NCBI GenBank assembly: GCA_038881595.1
Contig: JAVZPM010000001.1
Coordinates: 96,001 to 160,000, forward strand
Reading direction: 5' to 3'
DNA: 64,000 nucleotides
From: Candidatus Micrarchaeia archaeon
Lineage (GTDB): Archaea > Micrarchaeota > Micrarchaeia > CABMEP01
Below, one piece after another: positions 29,744 through 39,982 of the stretch. The notes below the pieces were generated by a model that did not search any database, had not been told where the DNA came from, and saw only the letters and a list, made by a program, of their open reading frames with translations. Both the position numbers and the translations under genes were made by a program. Every line of letters starts with the position of its first letter. Position 1 is the stretch's first letter.

Positions 29744-30262
29744 ATGCCATTCGCAATTAAAAAGGCAGATAGTATTAAACCCGAATGGAAAGAAGAATTA
29801 GAGCACTATAAAAAGAAATGTAAATTTACTGATGAAGAAGCCAAATTTATTTTAAAATTAGCAGAAAAGAATGGTTTGTCACCACAAAGAATAATTGAAA
29901 CAATTGGGTTAAACTCTCCTAGAGGAAAATTAAGAACAGAAGCAATCGATGATCTTAATATCTCAATTCCCGAAATAGAAAAAAGGTTGGTTGAAAATAA
30001 AATGAAACTGGAAAAAATGAAAAAAGACAAGAAAAGTGAGGAAATTAAAGGAGTGAAAAAACTAATTACTAAGATAAAGGATATGATATTAGAAGAAGAA
30101 AAATTGTTAGAAGCAGATATAAAGATAGATGAACATAGATTAAAGAGATACAAGAATATAAAAGCAATTTTAGAAGAGCTCAATAAAAATCCTAAAAAAG
30201 ATGAAATAACAAAAAAAATAAACAAAAACACTAATTTCAAATCCGCGGAAGAATTATTCTGA
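29744..30262 (+). CDS. Hypothetical K/E-rich protein
   Basis: 172-aa ORF with GGAGG RBS. Confidence 0.7.
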   Translation: MPFAIKKADSIKPEWKEELEHYKKKCKFTDEEAKFILKLAEKNGLSPQRIIETIGLNSPRGKLRTEAIDDLNISIPEIEKRLVENKMKLEKMKKDKKSEEIKGVKKLITKIKDMILEEEKLLEADIKIDEHRLKRYKNIKAILEELNKNPKKDEITKKINKNTNFKSAEELF

Positions 30263-30329
30263 AAATTATTCTGGAATTGTTATAAAAATTAAATCTTATG
30301 AAAAAATTAAGTGTTAAGAAGGTGAAGCG

Positions 30330-30704
30330 ATGGAAAATAAGTGTATTTTTTGTAAGCTTGCTGAAATGAAAGAGAATTATATTGCAGAAACCAAAAATCT
30401 ATTTGCTGTTTGGGACAAATATCCTGTTTCTAAAGGGCATGCGATGATCATACCGAAAAGACACATTGTTAACATGTTTGAAATGAATGAAGAAGAAGGG
30501 AAGGAATTGCCTCTGATTCTGAATAAGGTAAAAGAAAAAATTGAGAAAAATGCGGGAAGTGATAAGCCAAAAGGGTATAACATAGGTTCAAACAATGGAG
30601 AGGCTGCAGGTCAGGTTGTTATGCATCTCCATATTCATGTGATACCCAGATATAAAGGTGGACATGGAATTCAAATCCTAGGACAAGGAGAACCGAAGGA
30701 ATGA
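30330..30704 (+). CDS. HIT family hydrolase
   Basis: CIFC, PVSKGH and AGQVVMHLHIHVIPR motifs. Confidence 0.96.
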   Translation: MENKCIFCKLAEMKENYIAETKNLFAVWDKYPVSKGHAMIIPKRHIVNMFEMNEEEGKELPLILNKVKEKIEKNAGSDKPKGYNIGSNNGEAAGQVVMHLHIHVIPRYKGGHGIQILGQGEPKE

Positions 30705-30705
30705 A

Positions 30706-31002
30706 ATGAGAACAAAAAATAAAAGAAAGAAAAAATGGTCACAATATGTGACAGAGCACAGTTTTGCACTAGCACTAGAACCTGGTGTCTTTACTTGGAA
30801 AGATCCAAAAAGAATAGCAAAGTCATTGAAACAATCTGCAGAAGAGAGTATTGCAAGGAAGGGAACTCCTTTCCAATCTGCAATGTCTATGTTAAATTTC
30901 TATATAAATCGAGCTGGAAGGAAACTAAAACCTGAAAGAAAAATTATTTTGGAAAAGGCAAAACAGGAATTGAGGATTCTTTTTGGAAAAATAAAAAAGT
31001 AA
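30706..31002 (+). CDS. DUF3175-like protein
   Basis: WSQ-x-VTEHS...GVFTW-x-DP-x-RIA-x-SLK...SAMSML-x-FYINRAG recalls this mainly bacterial family. Confidence 0.75.
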   Translation: MRTKNKRKKKWSQYVTEHSFALALEPGVFTWKDPKRIAKSLKQSAEESIARKGTPFQSAMSMLNFYINRAGRKLKPERKIILEKAKQELRILFGKIKK

Positions 31003-31022
31003 AGAACAAGATATTTGACAGA

Positions 31023-31433
31023 TCATTCTCCGATGATCTTTACTATAACTCTTTTCTTTCTTTGTCCGTCAAACTCCATGTAGAACACTTGCTCCCAAGG
31101 ACCAAGATCAAGTTCGCCATTTGTTATAGGTAGTACTACCTGATGGTGTATGAGCGTGCGCTTAAGATGGGCGTCGCCGTTTGTTTCACCTGTTCTATGA
31201 TGCTTGTAATCTGCTTTTGGTGCAAGCCTCTCAAGCCACTCCATAACATCTTCCTTTAATCCTGGTTCCTCATCATTAACCCATATTGCTGCTGTTATAT
31301 GCATTGCACTGACTAAACAGAACCCTTCCTTCACCTTGCTCTTCTTAACAATTTCCTCTATCTGATTTGTAATGTTTATTATCTCTCTTTCTTTTTTTGT
31401 GTTGAACCAAAGATATTCGGTATAAGAATTCAT
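31023..31433 (-). CDS. YjbQ/UPF0047 family protein
   Basis: HITAA, NGDAHLK and LGPWEQ...EFDG motifs. Confidence 0.93.
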   Translation of the reverse strand: MNSYTEYLWFNTKKEREIINITNQIEEIVKKSKVKEGFCLVSAMHITAAIWVNDEEPGLKEDVMEWLERLAPKADYKHHRTGETNGDAHLKRTLIHHQVVLPITNGELDLGPWEQVFYMEFDGQRKKRVIVKIIGE

Positions 31434-31552
31434 AATTTCACCAATATGATTTGAGATAGACATCAGTGTAGACAAAAATAGATAAATATTAAAGTTTAAA
31501 AATCCAAAATACTATATATTATAGTCTGATCTTTATTTTTGTTATATATTTT

Positions 31553-31625
31553 GGCCCTGTAGTCGAATGGTTAAGACGTCACCCTTACAAGGTGAAGATT
31601 CGGAGTTCGATTCTCCGCGGGGCCA
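31553..31625 (+). tRNA. tRNA-Val(UAC)
   Basis: Acceptor GGCCCTG/CGGGGCC; anticodon arm TCACC-CTTACAA-GGTGA; T arm CGGAG-TTCGATT-CTCCG. Confidence 0.93.
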
Positions 31626-31640
31626 CTATTTTTTTATAAT

Positions 31641-32423
31641 TCATTCTATTTCCTTACTATTTGATTCGATATATAACTTTAGTTTATTCACAAGATTTTC
31701 CAATTCAAATGAAGTTTTAATCTTCTCAAAAATACCTTCATAAATAATGCAATTAGAAAATTCTCGGTCTATATCTTTAATTCTATTTCTCTTTGAATTG
31801 TTTAGAATATTTCTTAATCTTTTTGCGTTTTCACTATTATTTTGACCAAACCAATCAATTATGAATTTATTTATTTCACTCTTTTCTTTTGTAAATTCAG
31901 ATATGCCAAATGCTTTAATAATCGAAAATCTGATCAATCCTATTTGCTCAATGTTTCCAAATGCAGTTTCACATTTTGAAGGGAGAATATGGTATGTTTC
32001 TCCATTTTCTTTAACTTGAAATATATGTTCAAAATCATTCATTTTTATTTTTCCTATAAATTTTGAAAGAAATCTATAGTAATCTCCATCTTCAATTATA
32101 GCAGCAATAGCATAAGCAGGACCTACATCAAAATTCATTTTTTCTGATTCTATATATTTTTTATATTCAATTAAATCCTTTAATCCTGTTATATAAAGAG
32201 TATCAAACTTAGAATCAAGATTATCTTTGTGCGAAAAAGTACAAACGATACCCGTTCTTGAACCACATCTTATAGGAACGCAAACTCTCCTATAGTCTGC
32301 AAAGTCTGAAAAATCAGATGCATCTTCGATAAGTAAATTTTTGCCAAAAATAGAATTTTCCCTCTGCTCATTTACCTTGGACTCTGAGGCAATTTCATGC
32401 TCTTTTATCTTTTGCGCGAACAT
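31641..32423 (-). CDS. Hypothetical protein
   Basis: 260-aa ORF; no recognised motif. Confidence 0.65.
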   Translation of the reverse strand: MFAQKIKEHEIASESKVNEQRENSIFGKNLLIEDASDFSDFADYRRVCVPIRCGSRTGIVCTFSHKDNLDSKFDTLYITGLKDLIEYKKYIESEKMNFDVGPAYAIAAIIEDGDYYRFLSKFIGKIKMNDFEHIFQVKENGETYHILPSKCETAFGNIEQIGLIRFSIIKAFGISEFTKEKSEINKFIIDWFGQNNSENAKRLRNILNNSKRNRIKDIDREFSNCIIYEGIFEKIKTSFELENLVNKLKLYIESNSKEIE

Positions 32424-32492
32424 CTTGTCTAACCCTTCGGTAATCGTCTCGCCTCTGCCTCTTGGTCTGATATATAATGAAACGATAATTAT

Positions 32493-33527
32493 TTAAATAT
32501 TTAATACTTGAAAATCAACCACTACCTCAATTATATCTGGAGAATAATCCCTCACCAGCCTTGATTGAAGAATCTTTATTTTTTTATTTTGCTTTTTTGC
32601 AGCATCGTTTACAATTTTTTCTGCATTCTCAATTGAATCTGTAAAATGATAGAAATGAACGATTCCTCCATTCTTTACTAGATAAAAAGCAACATCAAGA
32701 AATTGATCTGCAGACATAGGAAGAGGCATTATTACTCTGTCTGCTACTCCTTCATACTCCTTTTTCTTCAATAAATCTCTCGCATCTCCAGGAATTGGAA
32801 TTACATTTGTGAGCTTATTTAATTTGATGTTTTCAATTAGATAGCTGTATGCGTCTGGATTTAATTCATTAGCATAGACTTTTGAATTAGGGTGGTTCTT
32901 TGCGATTATTAAAGCAAAAGGTCCAACACCCGCGAATGGAACAAATACTGTTTCTCCATCTTTTACTAATGAGTTAATTCTTTTTCTTTCATAACTTAAT
33001 CTTGGGGAATAATATGCCTTTGAAACATCTAGTTTGAATCTACAACCGTGCTCCTTATGTATTGTAAGAGTTGAGTGTCTTCCTGCAACAACTTTAAATG
33101 ACCTTATTCTAAATGGCCCTTTTATTCCTCCTGTTTTAACTGCTACTGATTTTATATTTTTATGCTGCTCCATTATATCTGATGCAATCTTTTTAGATAT
33201 TTTTTCTTTTTGTTTTTCAGATAAATCTTTGTATTCTTTTGGCAATTCGAATATTGCTACATCGCCAATTATATCAAATGGAGGAAGACTGACTTTTTTG
33301 TTCTCTTTTTTTCTCAATCTTTTTTTACATAGTTCGAATTTGAAATCAAGTTGATTTAATTCTTCCATTCTTTCTTCTATATTTTCATCTAGCGGAAAGA
33401 ATATGAATTCGTTATCTGAAGAGGGATTGTAATTGAAATTTATTAGCTTCTTTGAGATAAGAAATCTTCTCGCCTTTTCAGCATGTTTCTTTTCAACTTT
33501 TAATGCAATAACCATCCTATCACTCAT
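32493..33527 (-). CDS. trm5: tRNA (guanine37-N1)-methyltransferase, Trm5 family
   Basis: FDIIGDVA, HKEHG...YYSPRL-x2-ER, FAGVGPF, ELNP and RVIMPLP motifs. Confidence 0.9.
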   Translation of the reverse strand: MSDRMVIALKVEKKHAEKARRFLISKKLINFNYNPSSDNEFIFFPLDENIEERMEELNQLDFKFELCKKRLRKKENKKVSLPPFDIIGDVAIFELPKEYKDLSEKQKEKISKKIASDIMEQHKNIKSVAVKTGGIKGPFRIRSFKVVAGRHSTLTIHKEHGCRFKLDVSKAYYSPRLSYERKRINSLVKDGETVFVPFAGVGPFALIIAKNHPNSKVYANELNPDAYSYLIENIKLNKLTNVIPIPGDARDLLKKKEYEGVADRVIMPLPMSADQFLDVAFYLVKNGGIVHFYHFTDSIENAEKIVNDAAKKQNKKIKILQSRLVRDYSPDIIEVVVDFQVLNI

Positions 33528-33551
33528 ATTTTTTATACAGATTCTGTGATA

Positions 33552-34205
33552 TTATTCGATAGGTTTTTTGACCTCCTCCATTCTCTTCTTAATCATAGAA
33601 ACTACTTTTTCCTCTATCTCCTCCCTTGAACCTTCATTAATCAATCTAACATTTGCTTTCCTTAAGCATGCTCCTAAATTTACTCCGTAATCTATTACAT
33701 CACCATGTTCACTTTCAGTATCTTCTATCTTTCTGTCCTCTCTTCCAGCCATCTCTTCATGATCACGCTTTTTGAATGATTCAAAGTCCATTACTTCCTC
33801 TCCTTCTCTTTTTCTTGAAAGTGCTCTCTCATATCTAATTCTTACATCTGCATCTACAAAAATCAAATAGAAGTATTTCTTGAATGTCTGTCTTAAGGCT
33901 TCTGCTTCCCACGGATTTCTTATAGAATCTATTACCACTACCTCATAGTCTAGGATTTTATCTCCTAAAGACTGGAATTTTTTTATTGCCAATTCAGCCA
34001 ATATGCCTGGTCCGTTTTTCAATCTTAATTCATCTGCTAAATCTCTAAGATTGTCTCTTGTCTTTTCAATCCCCCTTCTATCTGCCTCTTCTCTTAACAT
34101 ATCAGACAAACCAACATCATAAGTCTTGAAATTCTTCTTTATAATTTCTCTTATCAAACCCTTTCCACTAAGCATCGTACCTGAAAGACCAACATAGATA
34201 ACCAT
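33552..34205 (-). CDS. P-loop nucleotide kinase (archaeal dephospho-CoA-kinase-like, COG0237 type)
   Basis: GTMLSGKG P-loop, DSIRN and RYER...R motifs. Confidence 0.75.
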   Translation of the reverse strand: MVIYVGLSGTMLSGKGLIREIIKKNFKTYDVGLSDMLREEADRRGIEKTRDNLRDLADELRLKNGPGILAELAIKKFQSLGDKILDYEVVVIDSIRNPWEAEALRQTFKKYFYLIFVDADVRIRYERALSRKREGEEVMDFESFKKRDHEEMAGREDRKIEDTESEHGDVIDYGVNLGACLRKANVRLINEGSREEIEEKVVSMIKKRMEEVKKPIE

Positions 34206-34298
34206 TTAATACACCTTAAGCCTAACCTGTAAATGTGATAAATAAGATAATACGAAAAAGAATAAAAAACAAACAGAAAGAAACATTAGAAATAGCAA

Positions 34299-36716
34299 TC
34301 ATGTTTTAGTGTGCTTAACTTGTTCGTCTTCTATTCCAATATTTTCTAATATTTTTCTTGTTCTTTCAAGCAAAACTTTTTGTTCAGCTGCAGCAACTAT
34401 CTTTCTTGTTCTTTCGATTGCATCTGGATTGACAGATATACTTGTTGTTCCAAATTCAACAAGCTTTTCAGCTATCTCTGGATAAACTGAAGGTGCCTGT
34501 CCGCATATTGATGTTGTTACTCCGTATTTTCTGCAGACTTTAATTACATATTGTATTGCTCTTAAAACAGCTGTGCTTCTCTCATCAAACTCAGATGCAA
34601 TAGATGAATTGTCTCTATCCACCCCTAGTATAAGTTGTGTTAAGTCATTGCTGCCTATTGATATCCCATCAATTCCAGTCTGACATATCTCTTCAATCAT
34701 GAAAACAGTGCTTGGAACTTCAACCATGATCCAAAGCTTAAAGTCTTTTGACTGATGCAGACCTTCCTCTTCCATAATTTTCTTTATCTTTATTATCTGT
34801 TCTGATCTTCTTACAAATGGAATCATCAGCCATACATTTTTTAGCTGAAATTCTTCCCTAACTTTTTTAATTGCCTTTAATTCCATCTTGAAAAGCTCGG
34901 GCTCTTTTATATATCTCATTGCTCCTCTATATCCCATCATTGGATTTTCTTCTTTTGGTTCAAATTCCTCTCCCCCTTTTAGGTTTCTATATTCATTTGT
35001 TTTGAAATCAGTTGCTCTGTAAACAACTGGCCTTGGATAAAATGCACCTGCAATCTTAGCTATTCCATCTGCAAGTTTATCTATAAACTCCTGTTCTCTT
35101 CCTTCTTTTAACATCTTCTTTGGATGCTCTCCTATAGATGCTATCATAAACTCTGCACGCAATAAGCCAACTCCATCAACAGATAGCTTTGCTACTTTCT
35201 CAGCCATATCTGGTTCTGCTAGATTAACATAAATCTTGGTTGCTGTAACTGGCAGAATTTCACCAGATATCGATGCAGGTTGCTTTGGAACTTCTGTAAG
35301 ATCAACCTTTCCCTCATAAATGATTCCTTTGTTTGCATCTACGGTAACGAGCATTTCATTTTTTAGAATAGATGTTGCTTTTTCTGTTCCTATTACAGCA
35401 GGAACTCCAAGTTCTCTACTAACAATTGCTGCATGCGAAGTCAATCCACCCTCATCTGTAATAATTGCGGATGCCTTTCTCATTGCTGGAACAAAATCAG
35501 GAGTTGTCATCTTTGTAACTAATACTTCTCCTGATTGCATTGATGGAAGATCAGAAATATCTAATATAACTCTTACTTTACCAATTGCAAAACCAGGACT
35601 TGCTGGTAAACCCTTAAGTATTATTGAACCTTTCTCTACCTTTTTCTCAGCTTCCATTGTTTCCACCTTTTCTTCGGATCTTACGGAAGGATATTCTTCT
35701 ATATTTTCAACCTCTTTTTGCCCCATCTCTCTGACAAACCTTTCTGTCACTTCTTTCTTTAATGTTGTAATTGGTCTTGATTGAACAATGTATAGCTTTC
35801 CTCCTTCTGACGCCCACTCTATATCCTGTGGCCACTTATAATGCTTCTCTATCTCTCTTCCTATTTTTGCAAGTTCTATTATCTTTTCATCTTCAAGTTT
35901 TTGCATGCTTTGATATTCTGCTTTTATACCTAACTTTACATTTGCATTTTCAGATTTTATTAGCATCCATTCCTGTTTTGCAATATGCTTATGTATTATA
36001 TCAAGCGTGCTTTTGTTTATGATGTATGTATCTGGTGTAACTGCTCCAGAAACAACTGTTTCTCCAAGTCCGAATGCTGCCTCTATTACCATCTTGTTTG
36101 GATCTTGAGAGACTGGATCCACAGTGAAGAAAACACCTGATTTTTCTGATTGGACCATATGCTGAACTACAACAGCAATCTTCACCTTAGAATGTTCAAA
36201 ACCTTGTTGTACTCTGTAATATATTGCACGAGGAGTAAAAAGAGAAGCCCAACATCTTTTAACTGCATCTATTAATGCTTGTTCCCCGTAGACATTAAGA
36301 AATGATGCCTGCTGGCCCGCAAAGGAAGCACTAGGTACGTCTTCCGCAGTGGCACTGCTTCTTACTGCAACATATTCTATTTTTGAACCTGTTCTATTTT
36401 TTAACTGAGAATATGCTTCTATTATCTGATTTGCAATCTCTTCAGGCATTTCATATGAAAGAATAATGTTTGAAATTATTTTGGAAGCTTCATTCAATTT
36501 TGCAGTATCCTCTACATCTAAATTCTTCAATGTCTCTATAATTAATTTGTCTATCCCATATTTTGTTATATATTCATAATAAGAATCAGCAGAAACTACG
36601 AAGCCCGGCGGGATCGGAAAACCAGCCCTAATCATCTCACCAAGATTAGCTCCTTTTCCACCTGCGATTGGAAGGCTGTCTTTACTCAGCTCCTCAAACC
36701 AATATATATGCTTCAT
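34299..36716 (-). CDS. ppsA: Phosphoenolpyruvate synthase
   Basis: GGKGANLGEM, VRSSATAED, phospho-His TSHAAIVSRE and SIGSNDLTQ motifs. Confidence 0.97.
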   Translation of the reverse strand: MKHIYWFEELSKDSLPIAGGKGANLGEMIRAGFPIPPGFVVSADSYYEYITKYGIDKLIIETLKNLDVEDTAKLNEASKIISNIILSYEMPEEIANQIIEAYSQLKNRTGSKIEYVAVRSSATAEDVPSASFAGQQASFLNVYGEQALIDAVKRCWASLFTPRAIYYRVQQGFEHSKVKIAVVVQHMVQSEKSGVFFTVDPVSQDPNKMVIEAAFGLGETVVSGAVTPDTYIINKSTLDIIHKHIAKQEWMLIKSENANVKLGIKAEYQSMQKLEDEKIIELAKIGREIEKHYKWPQDIEWASEGGKLYIVQSRPITTLKKEVTERFVREMGQKEVENIEEYPSVRSEEKVETMEAEKKVEKGSIILKGLPASPGFAIGKVRVILDISDLPSMQSGEVLVTKMTTPDFVPAMRKASAIITDEGGLTSHAAIVSRELGVPAVIGTEKATSILKNEMLVTVDANKGIIYEGKVDLTEVPKQPASISGEILPVTATKIYVNLAEPDMAEKVAKLSVDGVGLLRAEFMIASIGEHPKKMLKEGREQEFIDKLADGIAKIAGAFYPRPVVYRATDFKTNEYRNLKGGEEFEPKEENPMMGYRGAMRYIKEPELFKMELKAIKKVREEFQLKNVWLMIPFVRRSEQIIKIKKIMEEEGLHQSKDFKLWIMVEVPSTVFMIEEICQTGIDGISIGSNDLTQLILGVDRDNSSIASEFDERSTAVLRAIQYVIKVCRKYGVTTSICGQAPSVYPEIAEKLVEFGTTSISVNPDAIERTRKIVAAAEQKVLLERTRKILENIGIEDEQVKHTKT

Positions 36717-36782
36717 AAAAATAGTTAGAGAAGAATGTTTTTAAACAATGTGATTAAAAATTAAAAAAGAATAAAAAAAGGA

Positions 36783-37463
36783 TCAACCCAATATTTGTAC
36801 GCCAGAAGGAAGTTCAAATTCAGAATCTGGAATCTCTATGAATTCTATGTTCTTGTATTCTATAATTCTTTTTTCTCCTCCCATTGATATTTCAGTTCTT
36901 AGTGGAAAACCTTTTTCCTTCCAGATCCAAGATTTGATCTGCATCCCCTCCATAGAATATTGGACTATAACGCAATCCTTTCCATCTAATATTTCACTCC
37001 CTAATACAACTGGATTATATTTTTCTATGTTTTCTGTTGGAGAGGTATATTGGGAAGAATAATCAAAACTAGTCATGAATGCGATTCCCTGAGCTGGCAT
37101 ATAGCTGTACATGACCTTTTTATCTAAATCAACGATATTGATCACTTTCTCTCCTTCTGCAGAAATCTCTAATTTCATTTTATTTCCTTTCAGCCAAACT
37201 GTTTGAGTAACTGAAGAACCCAGACCTGTCATTAACATATCGTATTTTACGCTTTTAATAGCTGAAGTTTTTGCAAATATATCTGAAAGAGAATAAGTTG
37301 ATGGTTTAGTTGTATCTTTTGTTTGTTCTGTTTGATTTAAAGTCTTATTAACCTCTTGAAAGTTCTGTTTAGTCTCGGTTTGACCTGTGCAACCGCTCAT
37401 GAATATTGCTCCAAAAATAAGAACAAATATAGCTAGAGCAGCTATCTTTATATTTGGATTCAA
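36783..37463 (-). CDS. Lipoprotein with LolA-like/DUF4412-type fold
   Basis: FMSGC lipobox; G-x-E-x-LDGKDC, WI-x3-KGFPLR and IPDSEFELP motifs. Confidence 0.7.
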   Translation of the reverse strand: MNPNIKIAALAIFVLIFGAIFMSGCTGQTETKQNFQEVNKTLNQTEQTKDTTKPSTYSLSDIFAKTSAIKSVKYDMLMTGLGSSVTQTVWLKGNKMKLEISAEGEKVINIVDLDKKVMYSYMPAQGIAFMTSFDYSSQYTSPTENIEKYNPVVLGSEILDGKDCVIVQYSMEGMQIKSWIWKEKGFPLRTEISMGGEKRIIEYKNIEFIEIPDSEFELPSGVQILG

Positions 37464-37512
37464 AAAATCACCTCTAGTAAAATATTAAAAAAATTGAAAA
37501 TAAAGAAATAGA

Positions 37513-37983
37513 TTAGCTGTACTTGACCACTAATTCTATTTCCTGAGCTTTTGGAAAATCAGGCGAATTTGCAGGATAATATGTTATTTTAAGCTTTTCC
37601 TTAAATACATCCTTACCTGATTGTGGGTTTGTAACAATATTAGTTGAAGCTGCACAATTTATAGTAATTGTTGCACTACTTCCAGGTGTTATCTGCACTG
37701 GCCCACCAACCAATCTGTTTGTATTGTCTGTAGAAGGACAGTTTGCAGATGAGATGTTGTATGTAACAGCACCCATATTCATTAAGCTTATCTTGACTTG
37801 ATGAGTTGAATTGATAGTATATTTGTCTTGTTCGCATTGAAAAGGCTGTGCAACCTGGCATGTTTCAATTTGTTGTGGTCTAACTAAATAGACAAGTATT
37901 CCCATTATAGCAAGGACTATCAGAATAGCCCAACCATATGTCATAAGATATTCCATTGCAGCTTGACCTTTTTTCTTGAACAT
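37513..37983 (-). CDS. Type IV pilin-like protein with class III signal peptide
   Basis: KKGQ-AAMEYLMTYGWAIL followed by a hydrophobic helix. Confidence 0.9.
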   Translation of the reverse strand: MFKKKGQAAMEYLMTYGWAILIVLAIMGILVYLVRPQQIETCQVAQPFQCEQDKYTINSTHQVKISLMNMGAVTYNISSANCPSTDNTNRLVGGPVQITPGSSATITINCAASTNIVTNPQSGKDVFKEKLKITYYPANSPDFPKAQEIELVVKYS

Positions 37984-38019
37984 AACATTTTCACCTTATT
38001 ACTAGTTTATAGAATAAAT

Positions 38020-38679
38020 TTAAAAAACCTTATAATTTTGCTTTTTTAAGGATTTGAAATAATCACAATATTTAGATACAATACATCTTTCACATAAAGG
38101 CCTTGCCTTACATATTTTTTGTCCGTGTTGAACAAATAATTCATTTATATATCTCCATTCACTCTTAGGTATTACTTTATAAAGTTCCTGTTCTGTTTTT
38201 TCAGGAGTATTTGTTTTAACTATACCTAATCTATTTGAAACCTTATGAACATGTGTATCAACAGCTATATAATCACCTTTTCCATATGCATAGGTAAATA
38301 CTATATTGGCTGTTTTTCTTCCGACTCCTGGAAGCTCAATTAAAGAATTATAGTCTGTTGGAACCTTACCATTGTATTTGTCAACTAAAATTTTACTTAT
38401 CTGTTTTATTCTCTTTGCTTTTGTATTATACATCCCAACAGGTCTTATTAATTTTTTAATTTCATTAATACTTGCCTTCGCAAGTTTTTCGGGAGTGTCA
38501 AATCTTGCAAACAAAGAACTACTTGCAAGTATTGTTCTTTCATCTCTTGTTTGATGAGATAAAACAGTTCCAATTAAAACCTTAAACGGATCTCTACTTA
38601 TATTTGAGCCACTAAATTCATCAGGATATTCTTTTTTCAGCAAATTTATGATTTTTAGTATTGTGCTTCTTGATTTCAT
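38020..38679 (-). CDS. nth: Endonuclease III
   Basis: HhH LPGVGRKTAN, VDTHV and C-terminal 4Fe-4S Cys cluster. Confidence 0.95.
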   Translation of the reverse strand: MKSRSTILKIINLLKKEYPDEFSGSNISRDPFKVLIGTVLSHQTRDERTILASSSLFARFDTPEKLAKASINEIKKLIRPVGMYNTKAKRIKQISKILVDKYNGKVPTDYNSLIELPGVGRKTANIVFTYAYGKGDYIAVDTHVHKVSNRLGIVKTNTPEKTEQELYKVIPKSEWRYINELFVQHGQKICKARPLCERCIVSKYCDYFKSLKKQNYKVF

Positions 38680-38730
38680 AGAAATTTATTGGATATAAAA
38701 GAATATATAGTTTTTTTTAATATTCTATTC

Positions 38731-39492
38731 ATGGCAAAGATAAGGATTGTAGCTAATGAGCCCGCAATTCTTATAGAAAAAGGAAAAGAAAGAACCTTAG
38801 TGATTGGAGATCTGCATATTGGAGTAGAAACACAACTAGGAACTGAAAAATTAGCAAAAAATGCAATAAATCAAATGATTGACAGTATAATAAATTTAAT
38901 AAAAGAGACAAAGGCTAATCAACTTATACTTGTAGGAGATATTAGACATAAGATACCTATAGAAAAAGAATATTGGCAACAAATGACAGAAGAGGAAGAG
39001 ATTGAACATAGAATTTCAATCGAAATACCCGATATGCTTTTCAGATTAAGGCAGTATTGTGAGGTTAAAATAATACCTGGAAATCATGATGGTGCATTAA
39101 AGAGTTATTTTGAAACATCTGATGAGATCATAATTGAGAATATTGGTATAATACACAGTCATAAATGGCCTTCTAAGGAAATGATTGAACAAATAGATAC
39201 TTTGATTGTTGCTCACTCTCATCCTGCAGTTTCATTTAAAGACCAGTTTGGATACAAGACAAAGCAAAAAGTATGGGTTAAAGGAAGCCTTAATTCAAAA
39301 GAATTAAAAACCCAATATCCCAATATTAATAAAGAGATTTCTGTTATTGTTCTTCCAGTTTTCAATCCTTTGATAATTGGCTCTCCAATAAACGAAAAGA
39401 ATAAGTTCTTGGGGCCATTGCTTAAGGATAAAATACTGAAGATGAAAGAAATCGAGGTATTCTTGCTGGATGGAACACAGATAAAAATATGA
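38731..39492 (+). CDS. Metallophosphoesterase (calcineurin-like)
   Basis: DLHIG, GD, GNHD and HSHP motifs. Confidence 0.9.
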   Translation: MAKIRIVANEPAILIEKGKERTLVIGDLHIGVETQLGTEKLAKNAINQMIDSIINLIKETKANQLILVGDIRHKIPIEKEYWQQMTEEEEIEHRISIEIPDMLFRLRQYCEVKIIPGNHDGALKSYFETSDEIIIENIGIIHSHKWPSKEMIEQIDTLIVAHSHPAVSFKDQFGYKTKQKVWVKGSLNSKELKTQYPNINKEISVIVLPVFNPLIIGSPINEKNKFLGPLLKDKILKMKEIEVFLLDGTQIKI

Positions 39493-39519
39493 TTATTTCA
39501 CCGCATAGGAGGTTATAAA

Positions 39520-39741
39520 ATGGGAAGAGGAAAAACAACATTAGTAAGATGCAATGCTTGTGGGCGTAGCGTCCCAAGAAGTAAAGCGGTGGTTGACTAC
39601 AGACCGATTGTTTACACTACAGACCTCAGAAGCGCTGATGATTTGAGATATATGGAAAAAAGAAAGGTATACTACTGTGTCTCTTGTGGAAAGAGCCTTG
39701 GTATATATGAAAAAAAGAAAAAACAGAAGAAAAGATACTGA
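39520..39741 (+). CDS. rps26e: 30S ribosomal protein S26e (eS26)
   Basis: GRG-x4-VRC-x2-CGR-x-VP-x2-KA...YYCVSC motifs. Confidence 0.9.
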   Translation: MGRGKTTLVRCNACGRSVPRSKAVVDYRPIVYTTDLRSADDLRYMEKRKVYYCVSCGKSLGIYEKKKKQKKRY

Positions 39742-39824
39742 TTTTTAATATTTTTAATTTTTTTTCCAACTTATTTTAAGATTAACATTTTTAAGTAGTA
39801 ATGATTAGTATATAATAGATTAGT

Positions 39825-39960
39825 GCGGGGTTCGCATAACCTGGTAGTGCGCTGGTCTCGAATAAACTCTTAGAAAGAGTTTAATCGGAAATTTTGAAAA
39901 TTTCTAATTGAGAAAACCAGTTCCCGAAAGGGTATATGGGTTCGAATCCCATACCCCGCG
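39825..39960 (+). tRNA. tRNA-Ser(CGA) with a 52-nt intron at 37/38 (39863..39914)
   Basis: Acceptor GCGGGGT/ACCCCGC with G73; long variable arm; spliced arm CTGGT-CTCGAAA-ACCAG; central helix CTCG/TGAG. Confidence 0.88.
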
Positions 39961-39982
39961 CTCTAATTAACTGATTATTAAA

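Noticed and set aside
32424..32470. GC-richer leader (TCAGA...GAGGCGA) resembling the sequence before 29744
   Set aside because: The match is only a few bases and overlaps RBS-like sequence.
34299..36716. Intein in ppsA (or in the visible part of polB)
   Set aside because: Lengths are normal and no intein splice or LAGLIDADG motifs were seen.
36783..37463. LolA-like lipoprotein as proof of an outer membrane
   Set aside because: This fold is also common in single-membrane archaea, so it is not diagnostic.
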